Source: an uncultured Chromatiales bacterium
GTDB taxonomy: Bacteria > Pseudomonadota > Gammaproteobacteria > SZUA-140
Assembly: GCA_964546765.1 (NCBI GenBank)
Contig: CAZJKV010000003.1
Coordinates: 1 to 51,330 of the forward strand
Direction: 5' to 3'
DNA length: 51,330 nucleotides
Shown: positions 28,986 through 38,560 of the stretch, piece after piece
Layout: the number at the start of each line of letters is the position of its first letter
Position numbering within the stretch: position 1 is the stretch's first letter
The notes under the pieces: generated by a model
What the model was told of the DNA's origin: nothing
What the model saw: only the letters and a program-made list of their open reading frames with translations
The model's database searches: none
Translations under genes and position numbers: made by a program

Positions 28986-30357
28986 GTCCCAGCGCCTCGA
29001 TCAGACGTTCGTGGATATTCTCGAACCCGCCGTTGCTCATCACCAGCACCCGATCCCCCGGCCGGGCGCCGGCGGCGACATGCTCGACGATCTCCTGCAC
29101 GGTCGTGAACACGCGACAGTGCGGCCCGACAGCGGTCGCAACGGCCTCGAGCGGCCAGCCGAGGTCGTGCGGCCGGAACAGCAGGACCTCGTCAGCGCCG
29201 GCGAGCGCGGGCGCCAGCTGCTCCCGGTGCACGCCCATCTTCATCGTATTGGAACGCATCTCGAGCACCGCGACAAGCCGGTCCCCGCCGCCAACGACCC
29301 TGCGCAGGCCGTCGATCGTCGTCGCGATCGCGGTCGGGTGGTGAGCGAAATCGTCGTAGACCGTGACATCCCGGACCGTCCCGCGCCGTTCCAGCCGGCG
29401 GCGTACACCGCCAAATTCAGACAGCGCATCGATCGCGGCGGACGGCGGCACCCCCGCATGGCGCGCGGCGAGCAGCGCCGCGAGCGCATTGTCGACATTG
29501 TGCCGCCCCGGCACGTCCCAGCGCACCTCGCCGACGCGCTCGCCGTCTTGCAGGATCGTGAACCCCGGGCCGCCGCCTTCAGGCACCCGCGTCGTCCATC
29601 CCCGGTCGCCGGGTCCCGCGAATGCATGGCGACCGAAGCGTTCTGTCGGAGTCCAGCAGCCCATTGCAAGGACTGCGTCGACGTTCGCGTCGTCCCGTGG
29701 CGCGATGATCAGGCCGTTCGCCGGCACCGTGCGCACGAGATGGTGGAACTGGCGCTGGATCGCATCGAGATTGGGGAAGATATCGGCGTGGTCGTATTCC
29801 AGATTGTTGATGATCAGCGTGCGCGGCCGGTAATGGACGAATTTGGATCGCTTGTCGAAGAACGCGGAATCGTATTCGTCGGCTTCGACGACAAAAAACG
29901 GCGTCGCGCCGAGCCGTGCCGGCGCCGGGAAGTCGTGCGGCGCGCCGCCGATCAGAAAACCAGGCGACAGGCCGGCATACTCGAGGATCCATGCGAGCAT
30001 CGACGAGGTCGTCGTCTTGCCATGGGTGCCGGATACTGCGAGCACCCAGCGCCCCTGGAGGACGTGGCGCGCGAGGAACTCCGGACCCGAGGTGTACGGT
30101 ATGCCCTGCGCTAGCGCGCGCTCGACCACCGGGTTGCCACGTGACATCGCGTTGCCGATCACCAGCAGGTCCGGCACCGGATCGAGCTGCGCCGGGTCAT
30201 AACCTTCGATAAGCGGGATGCCGCTGCCGGCGAGCAGCGTGCTCATCGGCGGCCAGGCATTGAGGTCGGCGCCGGTGACCTCGTGTCCGAGTTCGCGCGC
30301 AATCAGCGCGAGTCCGCCCATGAAGGTACCGCAGACGCCGAGGATATGAACACGCAT
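28978..30357 (-). CDS. mpl: Murein peptide ligase
   Basis: HILGVCGTFMGGLA, GTHGKTTTSS, EADEYDSAFFDKRSKF and DDFAHHPTA motifs. Confidence 0.96.
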   Translation of the reverse strand: MRVHILGVCGTFMGGLALIARELGHEVTGADLNAWPPMSTLLAGSGIPLIEGYDPAQLDPVPDLLVIGNAMSRGNPVVERALAQGIPYTSGPEFLARHVLQGRWVLAVSGTHGKTTTSSMLAWILEYAGLSPGFLIGGAPHDFPAPARLGATPFFVVEADEYDSAFFDKRSKFVHYRPRTLIINNLEYDHADIFPNLDAIQRQFHHLVRTVPANGLIIAPRDDANVDAVLAMGCWTPTERFGRHAFAGPGDRGWTTRVPEGGGPGFTILQDGERVGEVRWDVPGRHNVDNALAALLAARHAGVPPSAAIDALSEFGGVRRRLERRGTVRDVTVYDDFAHHPTAIATTIDGLRRVVGGGDRLVAVLEMRSNTMKMGVHREQLAPALAGADEVLLFRPHDLGWPLEAVATAVGPHCRVFTTVQEIVEHVAAGARPGDRVLVMSNGGFENIHERLIEALGHE

Positions 30358-30358
30358 C

Positions 30359-30895
30359 TCAGGTCGTCGCGCCGGACGCCGAGAAAAACACGCTGCGCGT
30401 CACGCTGAACGTGATGAACATGTACAACAGCGCGAGCATGACGCCGATCGGCAGAACCGTGTCGATCGCGTGGCGCAGGATATGGCCGAGCACAAGCAAG
30501 CTCCAGAACAGCCAGGCCCACAGCAGCAGCGAGACGATGATGCCCATCGTCGTCATCTCGTCACCGACGATCACCGACTGCTGCCACAGCACCAGGGGCA
30601 CGGCCAGGGCCTCAAGGATGGCGCTGGCGCCGAGCATCGCGGTGAATGTCTGGAGAAACCGGTTCATCATCAATCTGACCCACAACAACAGCCAGATCAG
30701 GAAACCGAACAGCACGGTATCGAGCGCCACCAGACCGGCTGCGCCGGCAGGACTCATATGCTGTAGCGCCATCAGTAAACCGGCGGCGACATAACAGACG
30801 ACCGCGAACAAAGCCAGCACCTGCGACGCGGGCAGGTCCTGCGGTCGCAGCCGCAGCAGGCATAGCGCAAAAAAGCTTTTTATGACGGTCAACAT
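30359..30895 (-). CDS. Hypothetical membrane protein
   Basis: About 5 TM segments and a PQDLPAS motif. One nt from the mpl start. Confidence 0.75.
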   Translation of the reverse strand: MLTVIKSFFALCLLRLRPQDLPASQVLALFAVVCYVAAGLLMALQHMSPAGAAGLVALDTVLFGFLIWLLLWVRLMMNRFLQTFTAMLGASAILEALAVPLVLWQQSVIVGDEMTTMGIIVSLLLWAWLFWSLLVLGHILRHAIDTVLPIGVMLALLYMFITFSVTRSVFFSASGATT

Positions 30896-30907
30896 GGTAT
30901 TGAAAGA

Positions 30908-31777
30908 TCAGGCACTGAAGTATTTTGCCTGGGGGTGATGGACGACGATCGCGCTGGTGGTTTCCTCGGGCCAGAGCTGGTCCTCGTCACCGAGCACGAC
31001 GCTGATGCGCGCAGCGTCCAGCAGTTCGAGGATCTTGTCCTGGTCGGCGAGGTTCGGGCACGCGGGGTATCCGAAGGAATAACGGGAACCGCGATAGCCC
31101 TGCTTCAGCATTTCCGGGATCGAACGCGCGTCCTCGCGGCTGAATCCAAGTTCCGCGCGGATGCGCTTGTGGATGAGCTCGGCCAGCCCTTCGGTCGTCT
31201 CGACGTTGAATCCATGCCAGTAGAGGTATTCCTGGTACTGATCCGCATTGAACAGCTCGCGCGCGAAGTCGGAGGCATGCTGGCCGACCGTGACGAGCTG
31301 GAACGCGACTACATCGATCTCTCCGGAACCGGTCGAACGGAAGAAATCGGAGATGCAGATCCGGCGCGCCTTCATCTGGCGCGGAAACGTGAAACGGCAG
31401 CGCTCCTCGCGGCCCCCGGTGTCGTGGTAGACGACCAGGTCATCGCCGTCGGACTGGCACGGAAAATAACCGTAAACCGCCTGGGGCCGGCTGATCCGCT
31501 CCTGCACGCTGCGCTCGACCAGGCGATTCAGGATCGGATCGACATCAGCCCGCGCCCAGGCCTGGTAATCGGCCTCTGAACGGCCCTGTGCCTTGAAACC
31601 CCACTGGAAGCGATACAGCGTCCGGCGATTGATATAGGGCACGATGGCGCGCAACGGCACCTCGGCAATGCACTTGCTGCCCCAGAACGGCGGCGTCGGC
31701 ACCGGGTTGTCGTGCCTGATCGCGCCGCTCTCCGTTTCGGACCCGCCATCCTGTTCGTTGTCCCGTGATTCGCTCAT
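30908..31777 (-). CDS. Stand-alone B12-dependent methionine synthase activation (AdoMet-binding) domain
   Basis: PTPPFWG, VYGYFPCQS, FTFPRQ, CISDFF, HKRIRAELG and RYSFGYPACPNL motifs. No other MetH domains in this ORF. Confidence 0.88.
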   Translation of the reverse strand: MSESRDNEQDGGSETESGAIRHDNPVPTPPFWGSKCIAEVPLRAIVPYINRRTLYRFQWGFKAQGRSEADYQAWARADVDPILNRLVERSVQERISRPQAVYGYFPCQSDGDDLVVYHDTGGREERCRFTFPRQMKARRICISDFFRSTGSGEIDVVAFQLVTVGQHASDFARELFNADQYQEYLYWHGFNVETTEGLAELIHKRIRAELGFSREDARSIPEMLKQGYRGSRYSFGYPACPNLADQDKILELLDAARISVVLGDEDQLWPEETTSAIVVHHPQAKYFSA

Positions 31778-31842
31778 CGTCACATGATAACGTGTCCTGA
31801 GTCGGAAATTGAATCGAAATCTGGAGCGATGCACAGCCCGTC

Positions 31843-32727
31843 ATGCCCGCGTGGGAAGCGATAGCGAGCGAGATTGGCGCTGCCACCGGCAGGCCGTTCC
31901 TGGTCCGGAGTCAGCGCGCGGTCGGCGGCGGCTGCATCAATGACGCGGTCGTACTCGAAGGCGACGACCGGCGTTTTTTCGTCAAGCTGAACGATCCGGG
32001 ACGCGCGGAGATGTTCGCCGCCGAATTCGTCGGCCTCGAGGAAATCCTCCGCAGTCGCACCGTGCGCGTGCCCGCTCCGGTCTGCCATGGCGTCGCGGAC
32101 GGGCGCAGCTATCTCGCGCAGGAATACCTGGACCTGTCGGGGCGCGGCGGGACCGCGCCGGACGAGGCCCTCGGCCGCGCGCTCGCCGCGATGCATCGCG
32201 TGACACAGTCCGGATACGGCTGGCATATCGACAACACGATCGGCTCGACGCCGCAACAGAACCGGCGCGACGAGGACTGGACCCGCTTCTGGCGCGAACG
32301 GCGCCTCGGATTCCAGCTCGAGCTCGCGGCCGCGAATGGCCATGGCCGGCGCCTGCAGCAGTCGGGGGAACGACTGCTCGAGGCCCTGCCCGCCCTGCTG
32401 CCGCAGCGGCCGTCCGCTTCGCTGCTCCACGGCGACCTGTGGTCAGGCAATCATGCCTGCCTGAGAGACGGCACGCCGGTGATCTTCGATCCGGCAGTCT
32501 ATTACGGCGATCGCGAGACCGATATCGCGATGACCGAACTGTTCGGAGGCTATTCCGCGCACTTCTACCAGGCCTACGAGGAGGCCTGGCCGCTCGATTC
32601 GGGCTACCCGATGCGCAAGACCCTGTACAACCTGTACCACGTGCTGAATCACCTGAACCTGTTCGGTGGGGGTTATTTGTCGCAGGCGGAACGCATGATC
32701 GCGTCGCTGCTGGGGGAAGTACGCTGA
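31843..32727 (+). CDS. Fructosamine/ketosamine-3-kinase family protein
   Basis: GGGCIN, FVKLN, DNTIGSTPQ, LLHGDLWSGN and LYHVLNHLNLFG motifs. Confidence 0.93.
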   Translation: MPAWEAIASEIGAATGRPFLVRSQRAVGGGCINDAVVLEGDDRRFFVKLNDPGRAEMFAAEFVGLEEILRSRTVRVPAPVCHGVADGRSYLAQEYLDLSGRGGTAPDEALGRALAAMHRVTQSGYGWHIDNTIGSTPQQNRRDEDWTRFWRERRLGFQLELAAANGHGRRLQQSGERLLEALPALLPQRPSASLLHGDLWSGNHACLRDGTPVIFDPAVYYGDRETDIAMTELFGGYSAHFYQAYEEAWPLDSGYPMRKTLYNLYHVLNHLNLFGGGYLSQAERMIASLLGEVR

Positions 32728-32741
32728 CGAAAAAGGGGGCG

Positions 32742-32776
32742 AAAAAAAGGAGTCGGACCCTGCGGGTCCGACCCCT
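32742..32776 (-). terminator. Intrinsic terminator of the nirK operon
   Basis: A7 run leading into AGGAGTCGGACCC-TGC-GGGTCCGACCCCT, which gives a U-tract on the minus strand. Confidence 0.75.
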
Positions 32777-32784
32777 CGCTGCAA

Positions 32785-33744
32785 TTACCGCGGAAGTATG
32801 TTGTCGCCCTTGCCCATCTTCGGATCGGCATCCGGCGTATTCATCAGTACCGTGATCGCGCCGCGCATCGCGGCCATCATCGAGTGGTCGACGATCGCAT
32901 TGTTGGTCGGACGATCCTTGGGCGACACGAGATCAAACGTCACCGCCTCGGAAACCGCGACGTTATAGGTTGCCATGCCGTGGACGACATTCTTCGGATT
33001 GCCGTTCAGATAGACGCGATCCCAGATGCCGGCGATCGGATGCATGGCGGCTGCCCTGTTGATGTTCGCGTTGACGTAGAAGATCCGCACCCGCTCGCCC
33101 GGCTTGGACACCAGCGCCAGCGAGGCGTCCGGGTCGTGCACCGGGTCGTAGTGGAAGACCTTGCCGTTGATCAGCGAGTTCGTCCAGCCCTCGCCCATCA
33201 TGATTGCATGATCATTGTCTGCGTCGGGATAGAGTTCCGACTGGATCAGGACGTATTCGCGATCCGGTTTAGGATAGTCCTTCGAAAATCCTTCCTTCGG
33301 ATCGACGATGATGATGCCGAACATGCCGCGTGCGATGTGCTGGTGCATCGGGCTCGCACCGCAGTGATACATGAACACCCCGGGGTAGTTGGCCTTGAAG
33401 CTGAAGGTCTTGGACTCACCCGGCTTGATCGGTCCGAACTCGTCCAGTACATCGACTATAGCGGCGTGGAAGTCCATCGAATGGGAGTTCTTGTTGGTCG
33501 CGGGATTGACCAGCGTGAATTCAACGGTGTCGCCTTCCTTGACCCGGACGACGGGGCCGGGCATGTTCGGCCCGAACGTCCAGGCGGGATACATCGTGCC
33601 CTTGTTGTCGATGGCGATATCGTGTTCCATGGCCTCCATCCTGACCTTGACGACCTCGGCCATCGCCGCCTGGCCGGCAAGCGCCAGCACCGCGCCCATG
33701 GCCAGGCCGAAGCCCAGTCGCCGACCGATACGTTTGATATTCAT
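32785..33744 (-). CDS. nirK: Copper-containing nitrite reductase
   Basis: HSMDFH, YHC...H....M (type 1 and type 2 Cu ligands), catalytic His in MHPIAGIWD, and VDHS. Signal peptide and AGGAGG RBS before ATG 33744. Confidence 0.92.
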   Translation of the reverse strand: MNIKRIGRRLGFGLAMGAVLALAGQAAMAEVVKVRMEAMEHDIAIDNKGTMYPAWTFGPNMPGPVVRVKEGDTVEFTLVNPATNKNSHSMDFHAAIVDVLDEFGPIKPGESKTFSFKANYPGVFMYHCGASPMHQHIARGMFGIIIVDPKEGFSKDYPKPDREYVLIQSELYPDADNDHAIMMGEGWTNSLINGKVFHYDPVHDPDASLALVSKPGERVRIFYVNANINRAAAMHPIAGIWDRVYLNGNPKNVVHGMATYNVAVSEAVTFDLVSPKDRPTNNAIVDHSMMAAMRGAITVLMNTPDADPKMGKGDNILPR

Positions 33745-33809
33745 GATGTCCTCCTGATCTCTGGTTGATTTTGAACTGCGTTTATATATGGTTCGGCAAG
33801 CCGAGCGGC

Positions 33810-34178
33810 TCATGGGCCCGAACCATGGGTACATTCACAAAGCTCTCTCATGTATTCCACCAGTCGGTGGATCTCTTCGTCGTCGAGGATGCCCTCCCAT
33901 GGCGGCATCAGCACCGACTTGCTGAGGGCCAGACCACCCTCCTTGACGGCCTTGAACAGGTCATCGTCGCTACGGCCCGACATCCAGGCGGTATCCGTGT
34001 GATCTCGCGGCTGTACCGACATGTCCCTGAGATTGATGCCCATACCATCGCCGCGGATACCGTGACACTGCGCGCAATAGGCCTTGTATAATGCTGCGCC
34101 CGATTCCTGCGCCGACGCGATGCCGTGCGTGCCGGCAGCCGCGACCATCAGCGTCAATCCGGCCATGATGCGTATCAT
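33810..34178 (-). CDS. Monoheme cytochrome c (NcgC-like)
   Basis: Signal peptide, CAQCH and LMPPW. Position directly before nirK. Confidence 0.88.
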   Translation of the reverse strand: MIRIMAGLTLMVAAAGTHGIASAQESGAALYKAYCAQCHGIRGDGMGINLRDMSVQPRDHTDTAWMSGRSDDDLFKAVKEGGLALSKSVLMPPWEGILDDEEIHRLVEYMRELCECTHGSGP

Positions 34179-34867
34179 TGCGCCACCTCCTCGTTCAACG
34201 CCCGCAGGTAATGCACCAGGCGTTGCAGATCGTTGTCGCTGAGTTTCCTCGCCGGCATGAAGCTGACCGGATCCCAGGCCTGGGGATCCCGGATGTAGCT
34301 GATCAGGTAATCATCCTGCAGCCGCGCGGCTGCAGTATGGACCTCGGGTCCGGACACGCCGCCGTAACCGGGCTCGATCTCGTGACAGCCGAGACAGCCA
34401 CGAAAACGGTCGAAGAGCATCTCGCCCATGCTGAGCGCGATCGTTCCCGGCACGTACTCACCTTCCCTGATCAGGTGCGTGTTGGCCTTCAGTGTCATCA
34501 GAAAGTCGGCAACGCCCGCGGCCGCACCGGCATCGAGCGTCGGATGATCGGGGAGGGAATCCGCCTTGAGCGTATCGCGCGTGCCGTCGTGCTCGACATG
34601 ATTCGCGAAGAACATCCCGGCTGGGCGGATACGGCCGGGCTTCTGCAGCCAGGCCTTGAGCCAGTCCCGCTTGTACTTGTTGCCGGCATAGAACAGGTCC
34701 GGTCCCTTGCGCGACCACAGGGTTTCCAGGCCCGTCGATGCGGGGCCCTGGATATCATGGCACTGTACGCACTGCTGCCGCACGATCTGCTCGCCGCCGA
34801 CCGCCGCCGAATGGCCTGTTACCAGCAGCGCCAGCACCAGCAGAATCTTCATTCCTTGAGCGTTCAA
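34175..34867 (-). CDS. Diheme cytochrome c (NcgB-like)
   Basis: CVQCH and CLGCH motifs. 4-nt overlaps with both neighbours. Confidence 0.88.
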   Translation of the reverse strand: MNAQGMKILLVLALLVTGHSAAVGGEQIVRQQCVQCHDIQGPASTGLETLWSRKGPDLFYAGNKYKRDWLKAWLQKPGRIRPAGMFFANHVEHDGTRDTLKADSLPDHPTLDAGAAAGVADFLMTLKANTHLIREGEYVPGTIALSMGEMLFDRFRGCLGCHEIEPGYGGVSGPEVHTAAARLQDDYLISYIRDPQAWDPVSFMPARKLSDNDLQRLVHYLRALNEEVAQ

Positions 34868-35958
34868 TGCCGGTGCCCTCCTCCGGCCGGCGCCCTGCGC
34901 GAACGCACATTGAGCGGCTCGCCGGAGAATCCCGCGTGTTCGTGCATCCCGTAACCCGCCTTCATGGACTCGGTGTAGAAGAAGTTCGGGTCGTATTCCT
35001 TGTTCTTCCAGTGATACCAGTCGTCCGCCTCGATCTCGGCATACTCGAACACGGTCATCGGACCGCCATGGGCCTGGCCGTCATTGGTCACATGCGGGTC
35101 GACATGGTCGTGCAGCATCCACAGGCCCGGATTGTTCATCTCGACGATCACATCATAACGCTCGCCGGGACCGATCAGCAGCGTATCGACGTAGTACGGG
35201 CTCGAAAGCGCCGTACCGTCCTTGTGCGTCACCAGCATGTCATGACCATGCAGGTGCATCGAATGCACTTCCGCACCGGCGCCGTAGTAGCGAATGCGCA
35301 CGACATCACCCTTGCTGACTCTGACCGGCTGGGTCAGCGGAAACGAGCGGGCATTCATCGAAAAATAGTTCGGCTTGTCGCGCGGACCGCCGCCCTGGCC
35401 GAACTTCGTCGCGTAATCCGAGTCCCAGGAACTCAGCATGATGATCACGTCCTTCGTGACCTTGCTTTCGATCTTCGCCGGTTTTTTCGGGTCGACGATC
35501 AATGGCCCCCACATGCCGCGGAGCCCGACATGCTCGTGGACATTGACGTGGCAGTGATACCAGAGGCTGCCGGTCTTGTCCGCCGTCCATTTATAGGTAT
35601 AGGTTTCACCGGGCTCTATGTCCTTCTGCGTCACGCCGGGGACGCCGTCGTTGCGCCAGTTGTCACGCTGATGGAGGCCGTGCCAATGAATCGTGTGAGG
35701 CAGTCCGGTATTGTTGGTGACGTTGACGGTCACGCGATCGCCTTCCCGTACCCGGATCAGCGGCGCTGGCACCTGTCCGTTGAAGGCGAACACCTGGTAA
35801 CTGAGGTCAGGGGCCACCTGGATGGTGACTTCGTCTATCGTCATGTTGAACTCCCGCTCCTCGGCGATTGCCGCGCCAATCAGCAGACCGCTCACCAGCA
35901 TTACGACGATCGCCGCGCGGATCCGTAGTTTTACGCTATCGAAAATTGTCATGGTCAT
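34864..35958 (-). CDS. Two-domain multicopper oxidase (NcgA / blue copper oxidase-like)
   Basis: HTIHWHG, WYHCH....H....M, HSMHLHGH and LHDHVDPH. The type 1 site is only in domain 1. Confidence 0.9.
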   Translation of the reverse strand: MTMTIFDSVKLRIRAAIVVMLVSGLLIGAAIAEEREFNMTIDEVTIQVAPDLSYQVFAFNGQVPAPLIRVREGDRVTVNVTNNTGLPHTIHWHGLHQRDNWRNDGVPGVTQKDIEPGETYTYKWTADKTGSLWYHCHVNVHEHVGLRGMWGPLIVDPKKPAKIESKVTKDVIIMLSSWDSDYATKFGQGGGPRDKPNYFSMNARSFPLTQPVRVSKGDVVRIRYYGAGAEVHSMHLHGHDMLVTHKDGTALSSPYYVDTLLIGPGERYDVIVEMNNPGLWMLHDHVDPHVTNDGQAHGGPMTVFEYAEIEADDWYHWKNKEYDPNFFYTESMKAGYGMHEHAGFSGEPLNVRSRRAPAGGGHRH

Positions 35959-36083
35959 GCTCCCTCGAAGGTTTCAGACCGTAATCCGCACGACCTGCGG
36001 GAGCCGCACAACCCGCTGATTTTTATTCAGAAAAGTCATGGTCAACGGGTCCCTCGCGGCGCCTGTTATCCTCGTTCTTATTA

Positions 36084-36102
36084 AATGTATACTAGATACA
36101 TG
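36084..36102. promoter_or_regulatory. NsrR-type operator
   Basis: Perfect palindromic core ATGTAT-ACTAG-ATACAT (36085-36101) matches ATGYAT-N5-ATRCAT, upstream of the nirK operon. Confidence 0.75.
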
Positions 36103-36223
36103 TTAGATGGTACGCACACACGCACGATTGTCAACCCCTGCATTAAGGCGCGGTTCCTGTTGCAGTTTATTGAAGCGGGGCAAGCGTGTAGTATCGCGGA
36201 TTGTCCCCCTGGATCACGCGACG

Positions 36224-36565
36224 ATGAAGCAGAAGAAACTCTACAAGGTCATCTTCCACAACGAAGGCAAGTTGTTCGAGATCTACGCCAGGGAGGTCTC
36301 GCAGAGCAACCTGTACGGCTTCATCGAAGTTGGCGGGATCCTGTTCGGAGAAAAGTCCGCGGTCGTCGTCGATCCTGCGGAGGAGAAACTGAAGACGGAG
36401 TTCAGCAACATCAAGCGCACCTGGATACCGCTGCATGCGGTGGTGCGCGTCGACGAGGTTGAAAAACAGGGATCGGCAAAGATCACGGCGATCGACAACA
36501 AGGGCGGATCGGTCAGCGCGTTTCCCGGACTCTCGTGGACACCGGGGCAACCGCCGAAGGCCTGA
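36224..36565 (+). CDS. DUF1820-family protein
   Basis: LYKVIFHNEGKLFEIYA..V.QSNLYGFIEV, VVVDPAEEKLKTEF and IPLHAVVRVDEVEK. Confidence 0.85.
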   Translation: MKQKKLYKVIFHNEGKLFEIYAREVSQSNLYGFIEVGGILFGEKSAVVVDPAEEKLKTEFSNIKRTWIPLHAVVRVDEVEKQGSAKITAIDNKGGSVSAFPGLSWTPGQPPKA

Positions 36566-36578
36566 ATCACATCAACCT

Positions 36579-37508
36579 TCACGCATCCCGCGCGCAGCGA
36601 AAACCGAGGTCATCGTAGCGCGCATCCGGCGGCAGGTGGAAACGGTATGCAGCGCGATAGAAGTGGCTGATCACGTAATGCCCGAGCCCGCCCCAGCCGC
36701 CGCCACGCACGACCTTGAATTTCTCGCCGAAATTCTTCGATTCATGATCACTGCCCGGATACGGTCCGTACCAGTCATCGACCCATTCCATGACGTTGCC
36801 GGCCATGTCGTAGAGGCCGTACGGAGACTTGCCGGTCTCGATCGAGCCGACCGGCATCACGCCCAGCGCCTCGTCCTTGCCGGCGTTGACCCTGTCGACC
36901 GACCACTCGTCGCCCCAGGGATACTCGCGCCCGTCGGGCCCGCGCGCCGCCTTCTCCCACTCCTGTTCGGTCGGCAAGCGCTTGCCGGCCCATTCGCAAT
37001 AGCGCCGCGCGTCCTCCCACGCAACGCCGGTCACCGGCAGTCTATCGAGGGTGCGACGACGCTCCTCGATCAGATCCAGCAGCTCGTCGCGCTTCAGCGC
37101 ACGCACGTCCTGTCCGACCTCGAAGACCTCGGTCGCGAGCCCGCGCAGCCTGTCCATGTCCGGGCTCGCGATCATCAGCATCTCGCGCGTCAGCAGGTAG
37201 CCGCTCTGCTGCCAGGTATCCGGGACCCAGTAGTTCTGCTCGACGATGAAGTCACGGTACTCGAGATTGGTGACCTCGAAGCGGTCGATCAGATAGGCAT
37301 CGAGGTGGATGCGCTGCTGCGGATGCTCGTCGAGATAGAGTGGCTTGTTGAAGCCGAATTCGCGATGCTGAGGGTCTGCGTCGACGCGGTCGCTGCCGAA
37401 CAGGAATGGACCGGCAGGGATAAGGACCATGTCGTCGCCGGCCGTCGCTGCAGCGGACCCCCACGCGAGCGCGATCGGCAGCAGGACGCGCAGGCCTCGC
37501 ATCAGCAT
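36579..37508 (-). CDS. Exported formylglycine-generating-enzyme (SUMF1/FGE-sulfatase) fold protein
   Basis: MVLIPAG.F.FG, EVTN, RLPTEQEWEKAARG, LYDMAGNVMEW and GFRCA motifs plus a signal peptide. Confidence 0.9.
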   Translation of the reverse strand: MLMRGLRVLLPIALAWGSAAATAGDDMVLIPAGPFLFGSDRVDADPQHREFGFNKPLYLDEHPQQRIHLDAYLIDRFEVTNLEYRDFIVEQNYWVPDTWQQSGYLLTREMLMIASPDMDRLRGLATEVFEVGQDVRALKRDELLDLIEERRRTLDRLPVTGVAWEDARRYCEWAGKRLPTEQEWEKAARGPDGREYPWGDEWSVDRVNAGKDEALGVMPVGSIETGKSPYGLYDMAGNVMEWVDDWYGPYPGSDHESKNFGEKFKVVRGGGWGGLGHYVISHFYRAAYRFHLPPDARYDDLGFRCARDA

Positions 37509-37520
37509 GGCACTCTCCCT

Positions 37521-38558
37521 TCAGACATCAGCGGCACAACGGAACCCGAAGGTCGTGTTCCGCACCCTGGCATTGAAGAAACTGCGATTATACAGCGGGG
37601 CCGAGATTCCACACTGGTAAAACGAGCAGTCCCACCACGACCCGCCCTTGAGGACGCGATAGATCTCGCCGAAATTCTCCGAACGGCCCTCATTGCCGGG
37701 ATGCGGCAGATACCAGGAATCAGTCCACTCCCAGACATTGCCGGACATGTCGTGCAGCCCGTAGGGGCTGGCCCCCTCGGCAAAGGCGCCGACCGGCGTC
37801 GTATCGCCTTCGATGCCGATGCGCGCCCAGCGCACCGGCGTGTTCGCCTTGTGCAGGCGGAATTCATTGCCCCATGGAAAGACGCGGCCGTCCTCGCCGC
37901 GTCCGGCCTTCTCCCATTCCTGCTCGGTCGGCAGGCGTTTGCCGGCCCAGTCGCAGTAGTCGCGGGCATCGAACCATGACACGAAGGTCACCGGGTGATC
38001 GATCTTGCCGCGCGGGATCGCGCGGGTGATGAAATGCTGCGGCGCACGCCGACCGGTCGCCTCGATGAAGGCCAGGTACTGGAGGTTCGTGACCTCGTAC
38101 TTGTCGATGCGGTAGGCAGGCAGATCGACGACATGCCGGGGTCCCTCGTCGGAGAAGCGCTCGTCGCTGCCCATGATGAACTCGCCGGCCGGGATGAGCA
38201 CCATCGGTCCGGGCGCCGCGCCGATGCGCGATTCGTCATAGTACAGTTCGACCGACATGCCGAAGGTCTCGGACATGTCGGCGATATCGGACTCGTGCAC
38301 CTCGGCCAGCCTGGCGCGTAAGGTACCACCGCCTTCGCCCTCGTGGCAGGCCGTGCAACCCTGGTCGACGTCGATACCGCTGAAGGTACCGTCGGTATGG
38401 CAGGTCGTGCAGCGTTCGCCTGCATCGCCGTGACGGGGATGCTGCCTGTCGCTGATCGCGTCACCATGCGACGGGGCAGGGACCTGGAACAGCAGGGCGA
38501 GCGCCAGCGCCGCGGAGACGCTGAGCAGCGAAAGCGCGCGCAAGACGCCGCAGGCCAT
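37521..38558 (-). CDS. Exported FGE-fold protein fused to an N-terminal diheme c domain
   Basis: CTTCH and CTACH follow a signal peptide, then EVTN, RLPTEQEWEKA, DMSGNVWEW, GGSWWDCSFYQC and GFRCA. Confidence 0.9.
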   Translation of the reverse strand: MACGVLRALSLLSVSAALALALLFQVPAPSHGDAISDRQHPRHGDAGERCTTCHTDGTFSGIDVDQGCTACHEGEGGGTLRARLAEVHESDIADMSETFGMSVELYYDESRIGAAPGPMVLIPAGEFIMGSDERFSDEGPRHVVDLPAYRIDKYEVTNLQYLAFIEATGRRAPQHFITRAIPRGKIDHPVTFVSWFDARDYCDWAGKRLPTEQEWEKAGRGEDGRVFPWGNEFRLHKANTPVRWARIGIEGDTTPVGAFAEGASPYGLHDMSGNVWEWTDSWYLPHPGNEGRSENFGEIYRVLKGGSWWDCSFYQCGISAPLYNRSFFNARVRNTTFGFRCAADV

Positions 38559-38560
38559 GG

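Noticed and set aside
35948-36044. Short duplicated GTCATGGTCA and a tiny minus-strand ORF upstream of the multicopper oxidase
   Set aside because: Only a 10-bp match and no convincing RBS, so it is not supportable as a leader peptide.
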